The notes beneath the pieces are model-generated. The model did no database searches. It saw only the letters and a list, made by a program, of their open reading frames with translations, and was not told the origin of the DNA. From a virus: DNA of 64,000 nt. A program made the translations under genes and the position numbers. Below are positions 18,834 to 29,664 of the stretch, piece by piece (positions within the stretch are counted from its first letter, which is position 1; each line of letters starts with the position of its first letter). The DNA lies in the IMG/VR virus record IMGVR_UViG_3300009163_003337, positions 18,395 to 82,394 of that record; one strand, written 5' to 3'.

Positions 18834-21555
18834 AAGCTAAATAAATCACTTAACTCGGTCTGAACATTATCGGTTGGCTTTCTTATACGCCACTTAACCG
18901 AATCGTAAAAGCGTTCTATAGAGTTAAAAAGAATTTTTTCAAACATTAGTTCGTAGTCTATCTTAAACACTGACTTAAACTCGCTTATATATTCATTCTT
19001 AAATCCAATAGACGTAATACCATATTTATTTTGCTTTTCAACATATAAATAACGTATCTTATCACCAGAAGAAATAAGATCCGCTCTACCTCCCAGTTTT
19101 TGCATAATTAAATTATGATAGTATGCAGATTTAACGTGTATCGGCATACCTCTTACTATGCTAAACTCTCTACACAGCGGAGCGTATTTTTCATAACCCT
19201 TTATACCCATAACAAACGCAATTTCTTCCGGCTGTAGACCTTTAAATATTGCAAACGTCTCATTTAACACCTTGTTCGTTGTATTCTGAGATTGTGTTAA
19301 CATCATTGTCTCAATTATCTTCTTAGCATACGGCTTAATAGCATTAGGCATAGTCGTACGAACAACCTCTACACCAGTATACTTAAATTTATCAACCTTA
19401 ATACCTTCATCATCAAGAATATGCATAACATATCTCTTTTTCTGTAAAAATAAGGCGACATCCGCAATACACTCACGCTTGAATACAAATCTACTATCTA
19501 AAGTAAGCAATTCTTTCTTAGCCCACGTAGTAATTCCTACATTTAAATAATTCTCTAGATCATTAACAGTTTCATAAAACTTATCCGAGATAACCTCACC
19601 ATTCTTTAGAGGTACCGCTGATTTAATACATTCTAATGAAAAATAACAACTATCAGTATCAGAATACACCCAGCTTTCCTCTAATATATGTTCATCGGTT
19701 ATGTTAAAGTTTGTAGTTAAGTATTTTTGTAGTAGTTTACCTGCTTGCTTAATGACAGCTTGACCAGTTAAAGTTACTGATGATGCAATATCGTCGTCAC
19801 CAATAGGGGCTTGTTTATTTCCCATATATCCGTAACAAGAATTGCAGAGAATTTTAATAACCATCTGCTTGGTATTAAGTCGCTCTACTTCAAACTTTAA
19901 GGCACGGTATTCTGTATCAGATTCCTTTAACTTACTGAGTCTTTCCTTAACTTTAAATAATTCAGCCTTAATTACTACACGCTCACTATAGTAATGATCT
20001 AGAAACTCCGGTATAATACCTTTTTTCTTCTGAGAGAACAAAAACCCTGCTTTAGTTAATGATAATTGCTCTTTTTTAATTAATAGTTTAAGCTTATCTG
20101 TAGTAAGAGCGAAGGTTTTACCTGAAACATGATGAAGATTAATAATATCACCTGTTTTATCTATACGACCAACTTTAGTCTCCGGTGAAAGATTTAAAGC
20201 TATCATTACATTAGGGTAAAGTGAGTTTGCATCGAACGACACTACATTTTCTTTAAAACCTCTTTTCGGCTCAGCTACATAGGCACCTGGATTCTTACCC
20301 TCAGCAGCAGATCGTACAAAGGTTGATAAAATTTCACCTCGTTTTCTTGCCTTAATAGCTAATGCACCATTGATAATGGAGATTGTACCCATTGCTGATT
20401 CAAGAGTGGTTAGTCCGACATAGGCCAACATTCTTAGGAGAAATATATATTGCAGTTTTTTCTCTAGTTTGATTAGTAGATTGACGTCTTAATGTTATAT
20501 TTGACGAATAGATCCCAATTTACATCAGCAAGAGTAATTATGTTAAGATCACCGTAGTCAGTCTTATGCTCACCTAGCTCTATTTCTGCTATTTCGTTAA
20601 GTTTATATGATTCACGAAGATTTAAACAAAATCGCTTGTATATATCAAGATAATCAATACAGGAGATACCACTTATGTAGTATCTTTTAACTTCACGACC
20701 GAATTTACCACGTATAAGTCTAAAATATACATTACCTACTGGTGAAAGTCTATTTACATGCTCTTGACCGAGTATTTTTTCGGTTCTATTAATAATATAA
20801 GGGAAGTCAAAACCCTCACAATGCCAACCACTTAGTATATCCGGATAGTCAGACTCAATATACTCAAGAAATTTAAGAAGTAGTGCCTTTTCATTCCTAC
20901 AGTGATGATAAATAACATTATCTTCTGTACAGGTATAAGGCGCTAACCCAAATGTATGGAACTTACAGGAGAAGTTATCATAACATGTAATAATGTTAAT
21001 TGTATGGTTTGCTTCTTCAGGATTAGGAAAGTTATTATACTTACGCTTGGTAATATATACAGAATTTTGTATTTTTACCCATATCTCCTTTTTTTCATCC
21101 CAAACCGTATGACTCTTACTAAATTTTGACAGCTCTCCTACAGTCGTAGTTGTCTCGATGTCATTTTGCTGAATTTTTACCTTATGGTTAGAGTCATAAC
21201 TAAGCGGATCATGCGTTTCTATATCTAAAAAGACTGTCTTTAGTGGATATTGCGAAAATTCAATTGTTTCATTCTCTCTCCAAAAAGTTTCAAGAAGAAA
21301 CTGCTGAGCTGTAGGCAAGTTTTCAAATAAGCGCTTATTGCCAGAGTCAGCTATAAACTTAGTTCGATCATATTGCGTATTAAAAACACGCTTTTTAAGT
21401 TTGGTTCCAAAGATAGAGGTCTTATCACCAGTAGGTGACTCTAGATAAAGAAATGGATTAAAAGAGATATCACTGGATATACGACCTCCATTTGTATCCC
21501 AGGTTAATAGCTTAACAGATTGAGTCTTGCTATTATATATTGCGTTACGGTACAC
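18830..21555 (-). CDS. gp43: family B DNA polymerase (T4 gp43-like); one gene broken by a 1-nt deletion near 20490
   Basis: ExoI DIET, ExoII GW..GFDFPY, ExoIII YNI[x]D across the break; SFDANSLYP, KILCNSCYG, YSDTDS, KKRY. Confidence 0.93.
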
Positions 21556-21592
21556 GCTTTATTATAGTCGATTAATAGTACTTATCAATATA

Positions 21593-22825
21593 TTATGGGT
21601 TATATTTTCTAAGATATTTACGTTCAGGTGAACCATAGGGGGTATTGAGTGCTTCAATATGGCATCCAATATTAGCATCATGCTCTAGGAATCTCTGCTC
21701 ACCAATACTTCTATAAAAATCTACATTTCTATAATATGCAGCTCTATTTTTAATAATAGCTTCGATTTTCATTAATAGCTCTGAACCTGTATTAAATTTT
21801 AGGTCAGCAGGTGCATCTTTATATGTTTCCATATCCTGTACGAAGCACGGCAAGCCTAAAACACAAGCTTCAATAAATTTAATATCAGATTTAGAGTTAT
21901 TAAAAGAATTATCTTGCAACGGTGCTATCATTACTTGAGCTTCAAGACTTGCGATGAAGCGTGGATACTTATTAAGTGTTTGCCATGGGTGAAATTCAAG
22001 TTTTCCTTGCTGTATTAATGGAAGTAGTGGAGGAGGAAAGGATCCAACAAATACCCACTGATATTTGTCAACTGTTTGACGGACAGCATCAAGAACATGT
22101 GAGAAGTCGTCTATACCGCCATTTTTATTATCGACGTCATAATGTGCACCCGAGCCGGTATACAGTACACGTGGTTTCTTTTTATGCTTATCATAATTAT
22201 TCCATACAATTTGCCTATTAAAGATATGACCCATCCAATGATACGGTACAAAGTTTGGCACTACAGTTATTTCTTTCTTACCAGTGCGTGTTTGATATAA
22301 TTTACGCATATAATCACACGTAACTACAACTTCATCACACATATTAATTATATCTATACAGTTTTGACGTATTTCATCCGTGTCAAAGGCAAATTTAAAT
22401 TTGTTATAATTAGGTATATCTTCTCTAAATACGACATCATCAACTTCATATATTAATTTAAATCCACATTCCGCTTGAATCGATTTAAGATATGATATAA
22501 AGCTCTTTTGATCATTAGACGCCTGCCTCTGCACCTTAATACATTTAACACCCATATACCATCGTGGGTCAAAAATCATAGCAGTTTGTGATTGACTACA
22601 ACCTATACCTTCACTATTAATGTATAATTCTGGCCACAGGATGCGCCAAAACCCACATCCAGAATAGTCCGCAAGGTAGTTTATATATCTAGGTAGTGAT
22701 AATTCCGGTGGTTGTTCATGAGCCGGTAATGAAACAATATTATTCGCGTCGTGACCTATAATTCCAACATAAGGAGATACATAAGGAGATACTACTGGAG
22801 ATGGTCTTGATGGTACATTTATCAT
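21593..22825 (-). CDS. GT-B fold glycosyltransferase
   Basis: GCGFWRI, YEVDD, VVPNF, APLQDNSFNNSKSDIKFIE; between gp46 and gp43. Confidence 0.8.
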   Translation of the reverse strand: MINVPSRPSPVVSPYVSPYVGIIGHDANNIVSLPAHEQPPELSLPRYINYLADYSGCGFWRILWPELYINSEGIGCSQSQTAMIFDPRWYMGVKCIKVQRQASNDQKSFISYLKSIQAECGFKLIYEVDDVVFREDIPNYNKFKFAFDTDEIRQNCIDIINMCDEVVVTCDYMRKLYQTRTGKKEITVVPNFVPYHWMGHIFNRQIVWNNYDKHKKKPRVLYTGSGAHYDVDNKNGGIDDFSHVLDAVRQTVDKYQWVFVGSFPPPLLPLIQQGKLEFHPWQTLNKYPRFIASLEAQVMIAPLQDNSFNNSKSDIKFIEACVLGLPCFVQDMETYKDAPADLKFNTGSELLMKIEAIIKNRAAYYRNVDFYRSIGEQRFLEHDANIGCHIEALNTPYGSPERKYLRKYNP

Positions 22826-22885
22826 GCTACATAATTTATATAAGTTTATAAAAAAGTCAATAGATAAAATATTATATATGTTGAG

Positions 22886-24703
22886 TTAACTTGTGTGTGT
22901 AAACACACGTTTCGTTATACCATTTTCCTTTTCTAGCATTATAATGTCACCTGTAGCAAACTTATATGATTCTTTTCTATGAGAAATAACAATATTACAC
23001 TCATTGATACTCTCTACTCTTTCTTGTAAAATATTAGATACAAGTTCTATACCTCTTTCGTCAAAAGATGAATCAAATAGCTCATCATATATAGCGATAT
23101 TATAACAAACGTTGCCTTGAATACGACGTAAGTCAGAAAATGCAAAAAGACATGCAAGATCTATCGCCTTCCTTTCAGCTCCTGAGAAATTAAAATATGA
23201 ACATATCTTACCTTTATCATTTACTATTTCTTCTTCAAAGAACTCATTAAAGCAGCAGGAGGAATTAGAATCAAGCTGTTCTAAGTATAGAAATAGCTTA
23301 TTATTAAGAAGTTCAAGTAATTTATTTACAATATATGACCTGACTCCTTCTTCTGATATAATAAATTTAACTATATCTAGTTTATTTAAAACTTCTGCAG
23401 AGTCGTCAAGTACAATTTTTGCAAGTGTCTGCCGCTTTTCAATATCGGCAATAGTACCATCAAGATTAGAATTAGCTGTATTAAGCTCATTAATATCTAC
23501 AGTTAACTCTTGCTGCCAGGTCTTAAGTTTAGCTATAGTATTGGATATAGTCTGTTGCTTTTGCAGCTCAAGCTGTACATTAGCTTTTTCTTTATTAATA
23601 ATTTGTATTTTAGCTTTAGTATTAGCAAGGAGTTCCTTGTTTGCAGTATTTTCTTCTATATATTTTTTGTAGTTAGAGGCTAATAATATAATTTCAGCCT
23701 TTATAGTTGATTTTTCTGCGCTTATTACGGTCATATCATGCTCATCTATAGATTTTAAGCATACCGGACACTTAGATAGGCTGGTGCCTATTAGGCCATA
23801 TTGCTCCTTTTTAGAATTAATCTCTAGTTTTGAATGTGTACTTTTTTCTAGAACCTCTACTATTTTATTTTCTAGGGTTACTATTGTCGCTTGAAGCTGG
23901 TCGTATTGATTATCTAAATGTACAGAGCATATATTAGCTTGAACATTTAGTAGATCATTCTCAAGCTGCTGAATTTCACCTAAGTTATTTTTAAATCGCT
24001 CAGTATATAAATCGATCTTGTCAATACGCTTTTTATTTTGATATTGTTGCTGCTCTGTATAGCTTGAGAGTGATGTACTAATTTCTTCATATTTTGCTGC
24101 ATTAATATCATTATTTCTTTTAATCTCGTTATATTCAGCTCTAACTGTAGCTGTCATCCGACCAAAAATCTCCATACCGAAAATATCCTCAATAAACCGT
24201 CGTTTATCTACCTTGCTTTTTGCCATAAATGGAGTTGCGTTATTTACAGTCATGATAACACAGTTTTGAAAGATAGCTGGAGATGCACTCAACACCTCAC
24301 ATATATATTTTGTTGTATTTTGTAAACTATCACGCGTTTTATCTACTCCATCTTTATATATGTAAACCTTAGTAGGTGATAGTGTACGTATTATCTTAAA
24401 ACAGTTATTACCACGAGGAGAATTAACATTAAAATCAAGTTCTACGTGTGTCTTACCACCTGTAATATTATTAACTATAAGTTCTTTTTTAATTTCACGT
24501 AATGTCTCACCAAAAATAGCGAAGTATAGACCGTCAGCTATAGTACTCTTACCTACAGCATTCTTCCTCTCAGGCTTATCAATATTTCTACCTGTTAATA
24601 TATGCAAACCTGGTTTAAACTCTATAACAACGGGTTCCTCCCCAACTGATAAAAAGTTTTGAATAGCGAGTTTATTAAAATTTACTACTTTCATAATGTG
24701 CAC
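22886..24703 (-). CDS. gp46: recombination ATPase gp46 (Rad50/SbcC)
   Basis: NFLSVG, NAVGKS, CPVC hook, FSGAE, IYDELFDSS, VISH. Confidence 0.95.
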   Translation of the reverse strand: MHIMKVVNFNKLAIQNFLSVGEEPVVIEFKPGLHILTGRNIDKPERKNAVGKSTIADGLYFAIFGETLREIKKELIVNNITGGKTHVELDFNVNSPRGNNCFKIIRTLSPTKVYIYKDGVDKTRDSLQNTTKYICEVLSASPAIFQNCVIMTVNNATPFMAKSKVDKRRFIEDIFGMEIFGRMTATVRAEYNEIKRNNDINAAKYEEISTSLSSYTEQQQYQNKKRIDKIDLYTERFKNNLGEIQQLENDLLNVQANICSVHLDNQYDQLQATIVTLENKIVEVLEKSTHSKLEINSKKEQYGLIGTSLSKCPVCLKSIDEHDMTVISAEKSTIKAEIILLASNYKKYIEENTANKELLANTKAKIQIINKEKANVQLELQKQQTISNTIAKLKTWQQELTVDINELNTANSNLDGTIADIEKRQTLAKIVLDDSAEVLNKLDIVKFIISEEGVRSYIVNKLLELLNNKLFLYLEQLDSNSSCCFNEFFEEEIVNDKGKICSYFNFSGAERKAIDLACLFAFSDLRRIQGNVCYNIAIYDELFDSSFDERGIELVSNILQERVESINECNIVISHRKESYKFATGDIIMLEKENGITKRVFTHTS

Positions 24704-25758
24704 CTATTAAAGAGATCTAGTGTGTATTCAAGTACACTTTCTGATTTCGTTGTGTTTAGTAACTTGACGAAATCTATTATTGACTGCTGGATATCAACAC
24801 TGGAAAGATTACGCTCTGCAGATGCATCAAGCATCTTACTTTGAATGTCGTAGTCAAATTGTAGACTATAGGGATTTAATTGATTTAATTTAAGAGACAA
24901 TATTTTCTGATCTTCTTTTGATATATTACAGTCTATCTTTAACCTAATTATATTATTATGAATAAGAAGCCGGATATCCTCAGTTATTGTTTCGCTTAAA
25001 GCAAGCTCTTTAAGCGATATCTTTACATGACGGGGTGATATAGTGTTAGGAAAAAATTCAAGATTGAGCTTATTAATATCAAGTATATAATAACCTTTCT
25101 CATTACCTAAATCACCTAAATCCATTTCAAATGGATTACCTACATAAAGTATACTACCGACACTATACTTTTTTTCACTTCTTAGATGAAAATGACCTGA
25201 AATAATACATGAACTTTTTTGTAAAAGATCTGTTATTTTTATACCTTCCTCACACATCTTGTATGAGTTCATTTTAAAAGTTTCAATTTCAAAATGACCT
25301 ATGACTATATCACTATTTGGTATGTTATTAATATCAGTATTCCAGGGGCATAGGCATATGCTCTTACCGAATGCATTTAATGTAGTAACACTATCATATA
25401 TAGTGACATTTCGCCTGTGTTTAAAAATAGATAAAGAATTAACGTCAGTTCTATATTTGTAATATACATCATGATTACCTGTAATAGCTATTACGTTAAA
25501 TTCTTGAAATATATCTAAGATATCGGCTGATACCTGTAAGGTATTTACAGATATTTCACTTCTATTGTGGTGCCAATCACCGCAAAATATTACATCCTTT
25601 ATTTTTTTTTGCCTGAACTCACCTGCAATCCATGTCGCCCATTCAATAGCGGTCTTATGCCAACTAGCGCTGTTAGAGTGTATACCTAGATGTAGATCTG
25701 AAATGATACCTACTTTAGGAGTCTTTATATCAATACTCATCATCACTATTTTCGTCAT
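24691..25758 (-). CDS. gp47: recombination nuclease gp47 (Mre11/SbcD)
   Basis: SDLHLG, GDWHH, GNHD, GHFE, SGHFH, YVGNP. Confidence 0.95.
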   Translation of the reverse strand: MTKIVMMSIDIKTPKVGIISDLHLGIHSNSASWHKTAIEWATWIAGEFRQKKIKDVIFCGDWHHNRSEISVNTLQVSADILDIFQEFNVIAITGNHDVYYKYRTDVNSLSIFKHRRNVTIYDSVTTLNAFGKSICLCPWNTDINNIPNSDIVIGHFEIETFKMNSYKMCEEGIKITDLLQKSSCIISGHFHLRSEKKYSVGSILYVGNPFEMDLGDLGNEKGYYILDINKLNLEFFPNTISPRHVKISLKELALSETITEDIRLLIHNNIIRLKIDCNISKEDQKILSLKLNQLNPYSLQFDYDIQSKMLDASAERNLSSVDIQQSIIDFVKLLNTTKSESVLEYTLDLFNRCTL

Positions 25759-26161
25759 CTAACGGCTTAACGTAGATAAACCCACTATGCTGTGAGGAGT
25801 CTGACATAATGTCACAATATACCTTCTCCCGATATTTTTTTTCTGCTTCGTGATGACGATTTTCCTTTTTAATTCTATTAATGAAGGCATTAAAAGCAAT
25901 TGTTGTAAAATAGGCAAACGGATTAGATTCTGTTTCAAATTTATATTTTTTACGGGATAGCGCTGAGTACATCTTAATAAGAGCATCTCCTATCATGTCA
26001 TCCTTATAGGTGTAGTTAATAAAATTACTACTAAAGCTTAAGCCGTGAGCAATTTTTTTAACATTTTCCGCTAGATCATCTGTTAGTATATCAGATGTAT
26101 AGAAGCGGTGTAGTGATTCCTTAAATTCTTTCGGACTTATATAATAGTCGGCCTTAGACAT
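25730..26161 (-). CDS. gp55: late sigma factor gp55
   Basis: NFINYTYKDDMIGDA, NPFAYFTTIAFNAFINRIKKE. Confidence 0.93.
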   Translation of the reverse strand: MSKADYYISPKEFKESLHRFYTSDILTDDLAENVKKIAHGLSFSSNFINYTYKDDMIGDALIKMYSALSRKKYKFETESNPFAYFTTIAFNAFINRIKKENRHHEAEKKYREKVYCDIMSDSSQHSGFIYVKPLDDENSDDEY

Positions 26162-26191
26162 ACCTTTATAATATACTATTAGTTTAAAATT

Positions 26192-27643
26192 TCAAGCAAT
26201 TTTTATTGGCTTAACACTATAATTAATTTGCTCCTGTTTATAAATTTCCTTGCGCATGTTACCGTGCTGCTGACTATAAAAAAACATATCATATAGATCT
26301 AATATTAATAGTTTATCCTTACTTTCGTGTAGTCTTAGTCCTCGACCTATTGATTGTACGGTTCTAATAAAAGACTTACCTCCAGCTGCAAATATAATAG
26401 TGTGTATATTCTTAATATTTACACCTGTAGAAAAAATAGCACTAATTGCAACGCATACAATATTTTTACTATTTTCCATAATTTGTTTTATCTTTTCTCT
26501 CTCATCTACACATACACTACCACGTATAAAGTAGATTTGCTTTTCTTTACACGTAGTTTGCAACAAATTATATATATTTTCACCGTGCTTGATATGATTA
26601 ACTAGTATGAGGATGTTGTTGTCTATACCAACGCATAACTTTGATATTACTTCATTACGACGAATACTATCTGCTAAAAATTCAAGCTCATTTCTATACT
26701 TATTTTGTGTTAATGTAGGTATCTTCTGTGATCCATGGTCCAATTGCAACATCTTAACTTCCACATTCGTTAGGTATTTTTCCTGTCTGAGCTCGTAACT
26801 ACTCTTTTCATATAGAACTGGACCAAATTTACCTGTTATATACCAACTATTAAACTTGCAGGGCGGTAAGGTACCAGTAAAGCCAAAGCGATTAGGTGTT
26901 TTAATCTTATTAATCACCTTGCTTATCTTATTATCAGGTTTAATACGATGAACCTCATCAACAATTAGTAAATCAACATACTTTACCCAGTCATTATTTG
27001 CAAATTGTGATAGAAGTATGCTCATATTACATATAACAATATTACAATTTGTATCAGGCACATTAGAACCTGTCCAGTAAGTCATACTATAGCTTATACC
27101 GTATAATTTAAACTCATTATATGTTTGTGATACAAGAGCCAAGTCTGGTACTATCATTAAACATTTAAAAGTTTCTTTATTATTACAATTTCTATAGTAA
27201 TTCTCTATTATTGCTGCGGTTATTAACGTTTTACCAGCTCCTGTACCTAATATGCAGGTTCCCCACCCGTTATCTACTGCCTTTTTAACGACATCAACCT
27301 GATAATTACGCAAACTTAGGTTAAGATCTGTATATAATTTATATGACCTACTTAAATTTAGCCGATTTTTAAGATTTTCAGAAATATTTACTGTATCTAG
27401 TATTTGATTTTGTATTAAGTACTGTCTAATCTCCCAATATAAGCCGAGATCACACATTCCTAGGGGTGTTATTACGTATTTACGTGTAGATATCTTAACA
27501 CTGCTTAATTTAAAGCGTTTTTGTATAAATTTAGCATCTGTATTAGCTATACTAAAGTATTCTCGTAAAGAACTATAGATTGCAGCGTCTTCACATGTAA
27601 TACTAAGTTTATTAGTGGTCTTAATATAGTCAAAAGTAATCAT
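26192..27643 (-). CDS. uvsW: SF2 helicase UvsW
   Basis: LRNYQ, GTGAGKT, VDEVH, GFTGT, STGVNI, QSIGRGLR. Confidence 0.95.
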   Translation of the reverse strand: MITFDYIKTTNKLSITCEDAAIYSSLREYFSIANTDAKFIQKRFKLSSVKISTRKYVITPLGMCDLGLYWEIRQYLIQNQILDTVNISENLKNRLNLSRSYKLYTDLNLSLRNYQVDVVKKAVDNGWGTCILGTGAGKTLITAAIIENYYRNCNNKETFKCLMIVPDLALVSQTYNEFKLYGISYSMTYWTGSNVPDTNCNIVICNMSILLSQFANNDWVKYVDLLIVDEVHRIKPDNKISKVINKIKTPNRFGFTGTLPPCKFNSWYITGKFGPVLYEKSSYELRQEKYLTNVEVKMLQLDHGSQKIPTLTQNKYRNELEFLADSIRRNEVISKLCVGIDNNILILVNHIKHGENIYNLLQTTCKEKQIYFIRGSVCVDEREKIKQIMENSKNIVCVAISAIFSTGVNIKNIHTIIFAAGGKSFIRTVQSIGRGLRLHESKDKLLILDLYDMFFYSQQHGNMRKEIYKQEQINYSVKPIKIA

Positions 27644-27666
27644 ATGAGTAATATATTGTTAATTTA

Positions 27667-28062
27667 TTACATAGTCTCCATAGCCATTATCTTAATGATA
27701 TTAGCTATATCAAATCCCATACTACTCATAATCTTTTCAACCTTTTCTAAGTACTCAATAGCAAACTCACAGTCTGTTATTTCAACTATAATTTTTTGAA
27801 TCTCTTCAGTTGTTTCAGCAGCTAAATCTGCCGTTTGTTGTGTGATTCTTACCGGTGCTTCAGTAATAATTCGAGATGCAATAGATATCTTAAGAGATTT
27901 CTTATGTTTAACTAGTCTATTAAGCTTTATCTTTAGATCTATTAGTCTGGCTGCCCAGTAATGTTTACGTGATGGCAATTTGAGTTGTACATCTTTAATA
28001 TTAAAGTCGTTTATTATAAGATCTTTCTCGATCTCTAACCGGTACTGTTCAATCAAATTCAC
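27667..28062 (-). CDS. uvsY: recombination mediator UvsY
   Basis: IEKDLII, KHYW, EYLEKV..GFDIANII; adjacent to uvsW. Confidence 0.8.
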   Translation of the reverse strand: MNLIEQYRLEIEKDLIINDFNIKDVQLKLPSRKHYWAARLIDLKIKLNRLVKHKKSLKISIASRIITEAPVRITQQTADLAAETTEEIQKIIVEITDCEFAIEYLEKVEKIMSSMGFDIANIIKIMAMETM

Positions 28063-28087
28063 ATTATCATTATAAATATAATTATCT

Positions 28088-28342
28088 ATGAAATCAACTG
28101 TAACTTTTAAAGAATATTTTGAGATTTATGTTGAAGAAATGACGGTCGGTGGTGTTATGGGTGGAAGTACAGGAGGATTCAGTCCTAGTAATCCAACTAG
28201 CTCTGACTTTTATGCACCAGGTGATGCTCGTATAGCCACACCTGATCAATATATATGTACGAGAGCAGGAGCTATAAAACGCAATAAAAAAAGAGCTAAG
28301 AAAAGAGCTAAGAGAAAAACTAAGCATAATATTAAAAAATAA
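28088..28342 (+). CDS. small late protein with basic tail (putative internal DNA-binding protein)
   Basis: TATAAATA 28071-28078; TFKEYFEIYVEE; DFYAPGDARI; KRAKKRAKRK. Confidence 0.7.
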   Translation: MKSTVTFKEYFEIYVEEMTVGGVMGGSTGGFSPSNPTSSDFYAPGDARIATPDQYICTRAGAIKRNKKRAKKRAKRKTKHNIKK

Positions 28343-28770
28343 TGAACTTAGGTCACTGGATTACCTCATTAGATACTACCGACGATGTTATACCGTACGG
28401 ATTTATATATAAGATTACATGTTTAATTAATTCTAGATCATATATCGGTAAAAAACAGTGTAAAACTATATTAAAACGTAGACCACTTAAAGGCAAACGT
28501 AATAAACGTCATGAAGAGCGTGAGACCGACTGGAAAATATACACTTCTTCATCGAGAGAACTTAATGAAGATATAGTGACATACGGTATGGAAAAATTTG
28601 TCTTTGAAATATTGCGTTTTTGTAATTCAAAATTTGAAATGTCATACTTTGAAGCTAAACTTCAATTTGAAGAGGAGGTCCTCTTAAGAGATGACTTTTA
28701 TAATGGCATTATTAACTTACGAATTGGTAGACCGAAAAACGCAAATGACTATAGAACACAGGATACCTAG
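28342..28770 (+). CDS. GIY-YIG family endonuclease
   Basis: GFIYKIT..SYIGKK, WKIYTSSS, FYNGII. Confidence 0.85.
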   Translation: MNLGHWITSLDTTDDVIPYGFIYKITCLINSRSYIGKKQCKTILKRRPLKGKRNKRHEERETDWKIYTSSSRELNEDIVTYGMEKFVFEILRFCNSKFEMSYFEAKLQFEEEVLLRDDFYNGIINLRIGRPKNANDYRTQDT

Positions 28771-29269
28771 GTATGAACTTAAATTATTAAATTTTGATTT
28801 CATTCTTAAAGAGACTTTTAGCAAATTTAATAGTGACATAACCCTATATGGTATTAGTAACAATTTCGCAAAGAAGGATACTCAAAAATTTTTCGTAAAT
28901 GCACTAATTATTACTATTTGTGAGCGGATGAAGACAGGTAAAATAGCCTTATATATTAACAGTGACACATTATATTTAAATAATAATGAAAGAGATATAA
29001 TTCTTAATATTTCCCTTAAAACTATTAGAAAATTACCTTTTCAATTTATAATTAGTAATATACCAGTTGATTTTTTCGTTGAAGAGATACATAATAATGT
29101 TGTTGAGTCGGTGGTGATGCTCGAAACGCAACTGAATTACACTCGTAATTATGATACTCTTGAATATTCACTTAGAGATCTAGTTAAATTCCTTAAGACT
29201 CACAAGTTAAGCTATCTTTATGAAGTGTATTTTAAGCAATTAACCAATAAAATCCTGATAGTTAAATAA
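28745..29269 (+). CDS. hypothetical protein
   Basis: ORF, likely start MTIEHRIP. Confidence 0.6.
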   Translation: MTIEHRIPRYELKLLNFDFILKETFSKFNSDITLYGISNNFAKKDTQKFFVNALIITICERMKTGKIALYINSDTLYLNNNERDIILNISLKTIRKLPFQFIISNIPVDFFVEEIHNNVVESVVMLETQLNYTRNYDTLEYSLRDLVKFLKTHKLSYLYEVYFKQLTNKILIVK

Positions 29270-29277
29270 ATATAAAC

Positions 29278-29661
29278 ATGAGTAAATTTCTTAATTTAGT
29301 GGAGAGTAATCTACCTCCACAAGATCTTGATAAGAATAGAGAGGTTTTACGAGACTTACAGCAGCTTTTAAGTAAATCAGGCATAACGTCTTCACTAAAA
29401 ACTTTTAAGGATGTTGTAGTTATTACCGTAAATAATAAGGTTGTTGAGTTAGAGCTTAAACATATCTCACAATCTACAGAAGAAGAGGCAGAAGATCAGA
29501 CGGCTAAAATGATAGCAGCAGTTGCTGGTTTACCAGACCAAGGTATGAAAGGATTCATTCCGGGTACGACGTCAAACAAGCTTGCACAAGCCAAAAAAAC
29601 AATGGCTGATGCAGTCGGAATAATGGCTAATAAATTTAGAGATGCAGCAAACGCGAAATAA
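29278..29661 (+). CDS. late protein with internal-protein-like N-terminus (MSKFLNLVES)
   Basis: AATAAATA upstream; F..L.E tag. Confidence 0.7.
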   Translation: MSKFLNLVESNLPPQDLDKNREVLRDLQQLLSKSGITSSLKTFKDVVVITVNNKVVELELKHISQSTEEEAEDQTAKMIAAVAGLPDQGMKGFIPGTTSNKLAQAKKTMADAVGIMANKFRDAANAK

Positions 29662-29664
29662 ATA

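Noticed and set aside
20431-20491. Naturally split DNA polymerase
   Set aside because: Break falls inside the ExoIII motif and one added base restores a continuous frame; most likely a sequence error
21031-21207. Functional intein in gp43
   Set aside because: Too short; no Cys/Ser1 and no C-terminal HN-C/S/T junction
28342-28770. NAD synthetase label sometimes given to this family
   Set aside because: Motifs are GIY-YIG nuclease; no ATP-pyrophosphatase motif
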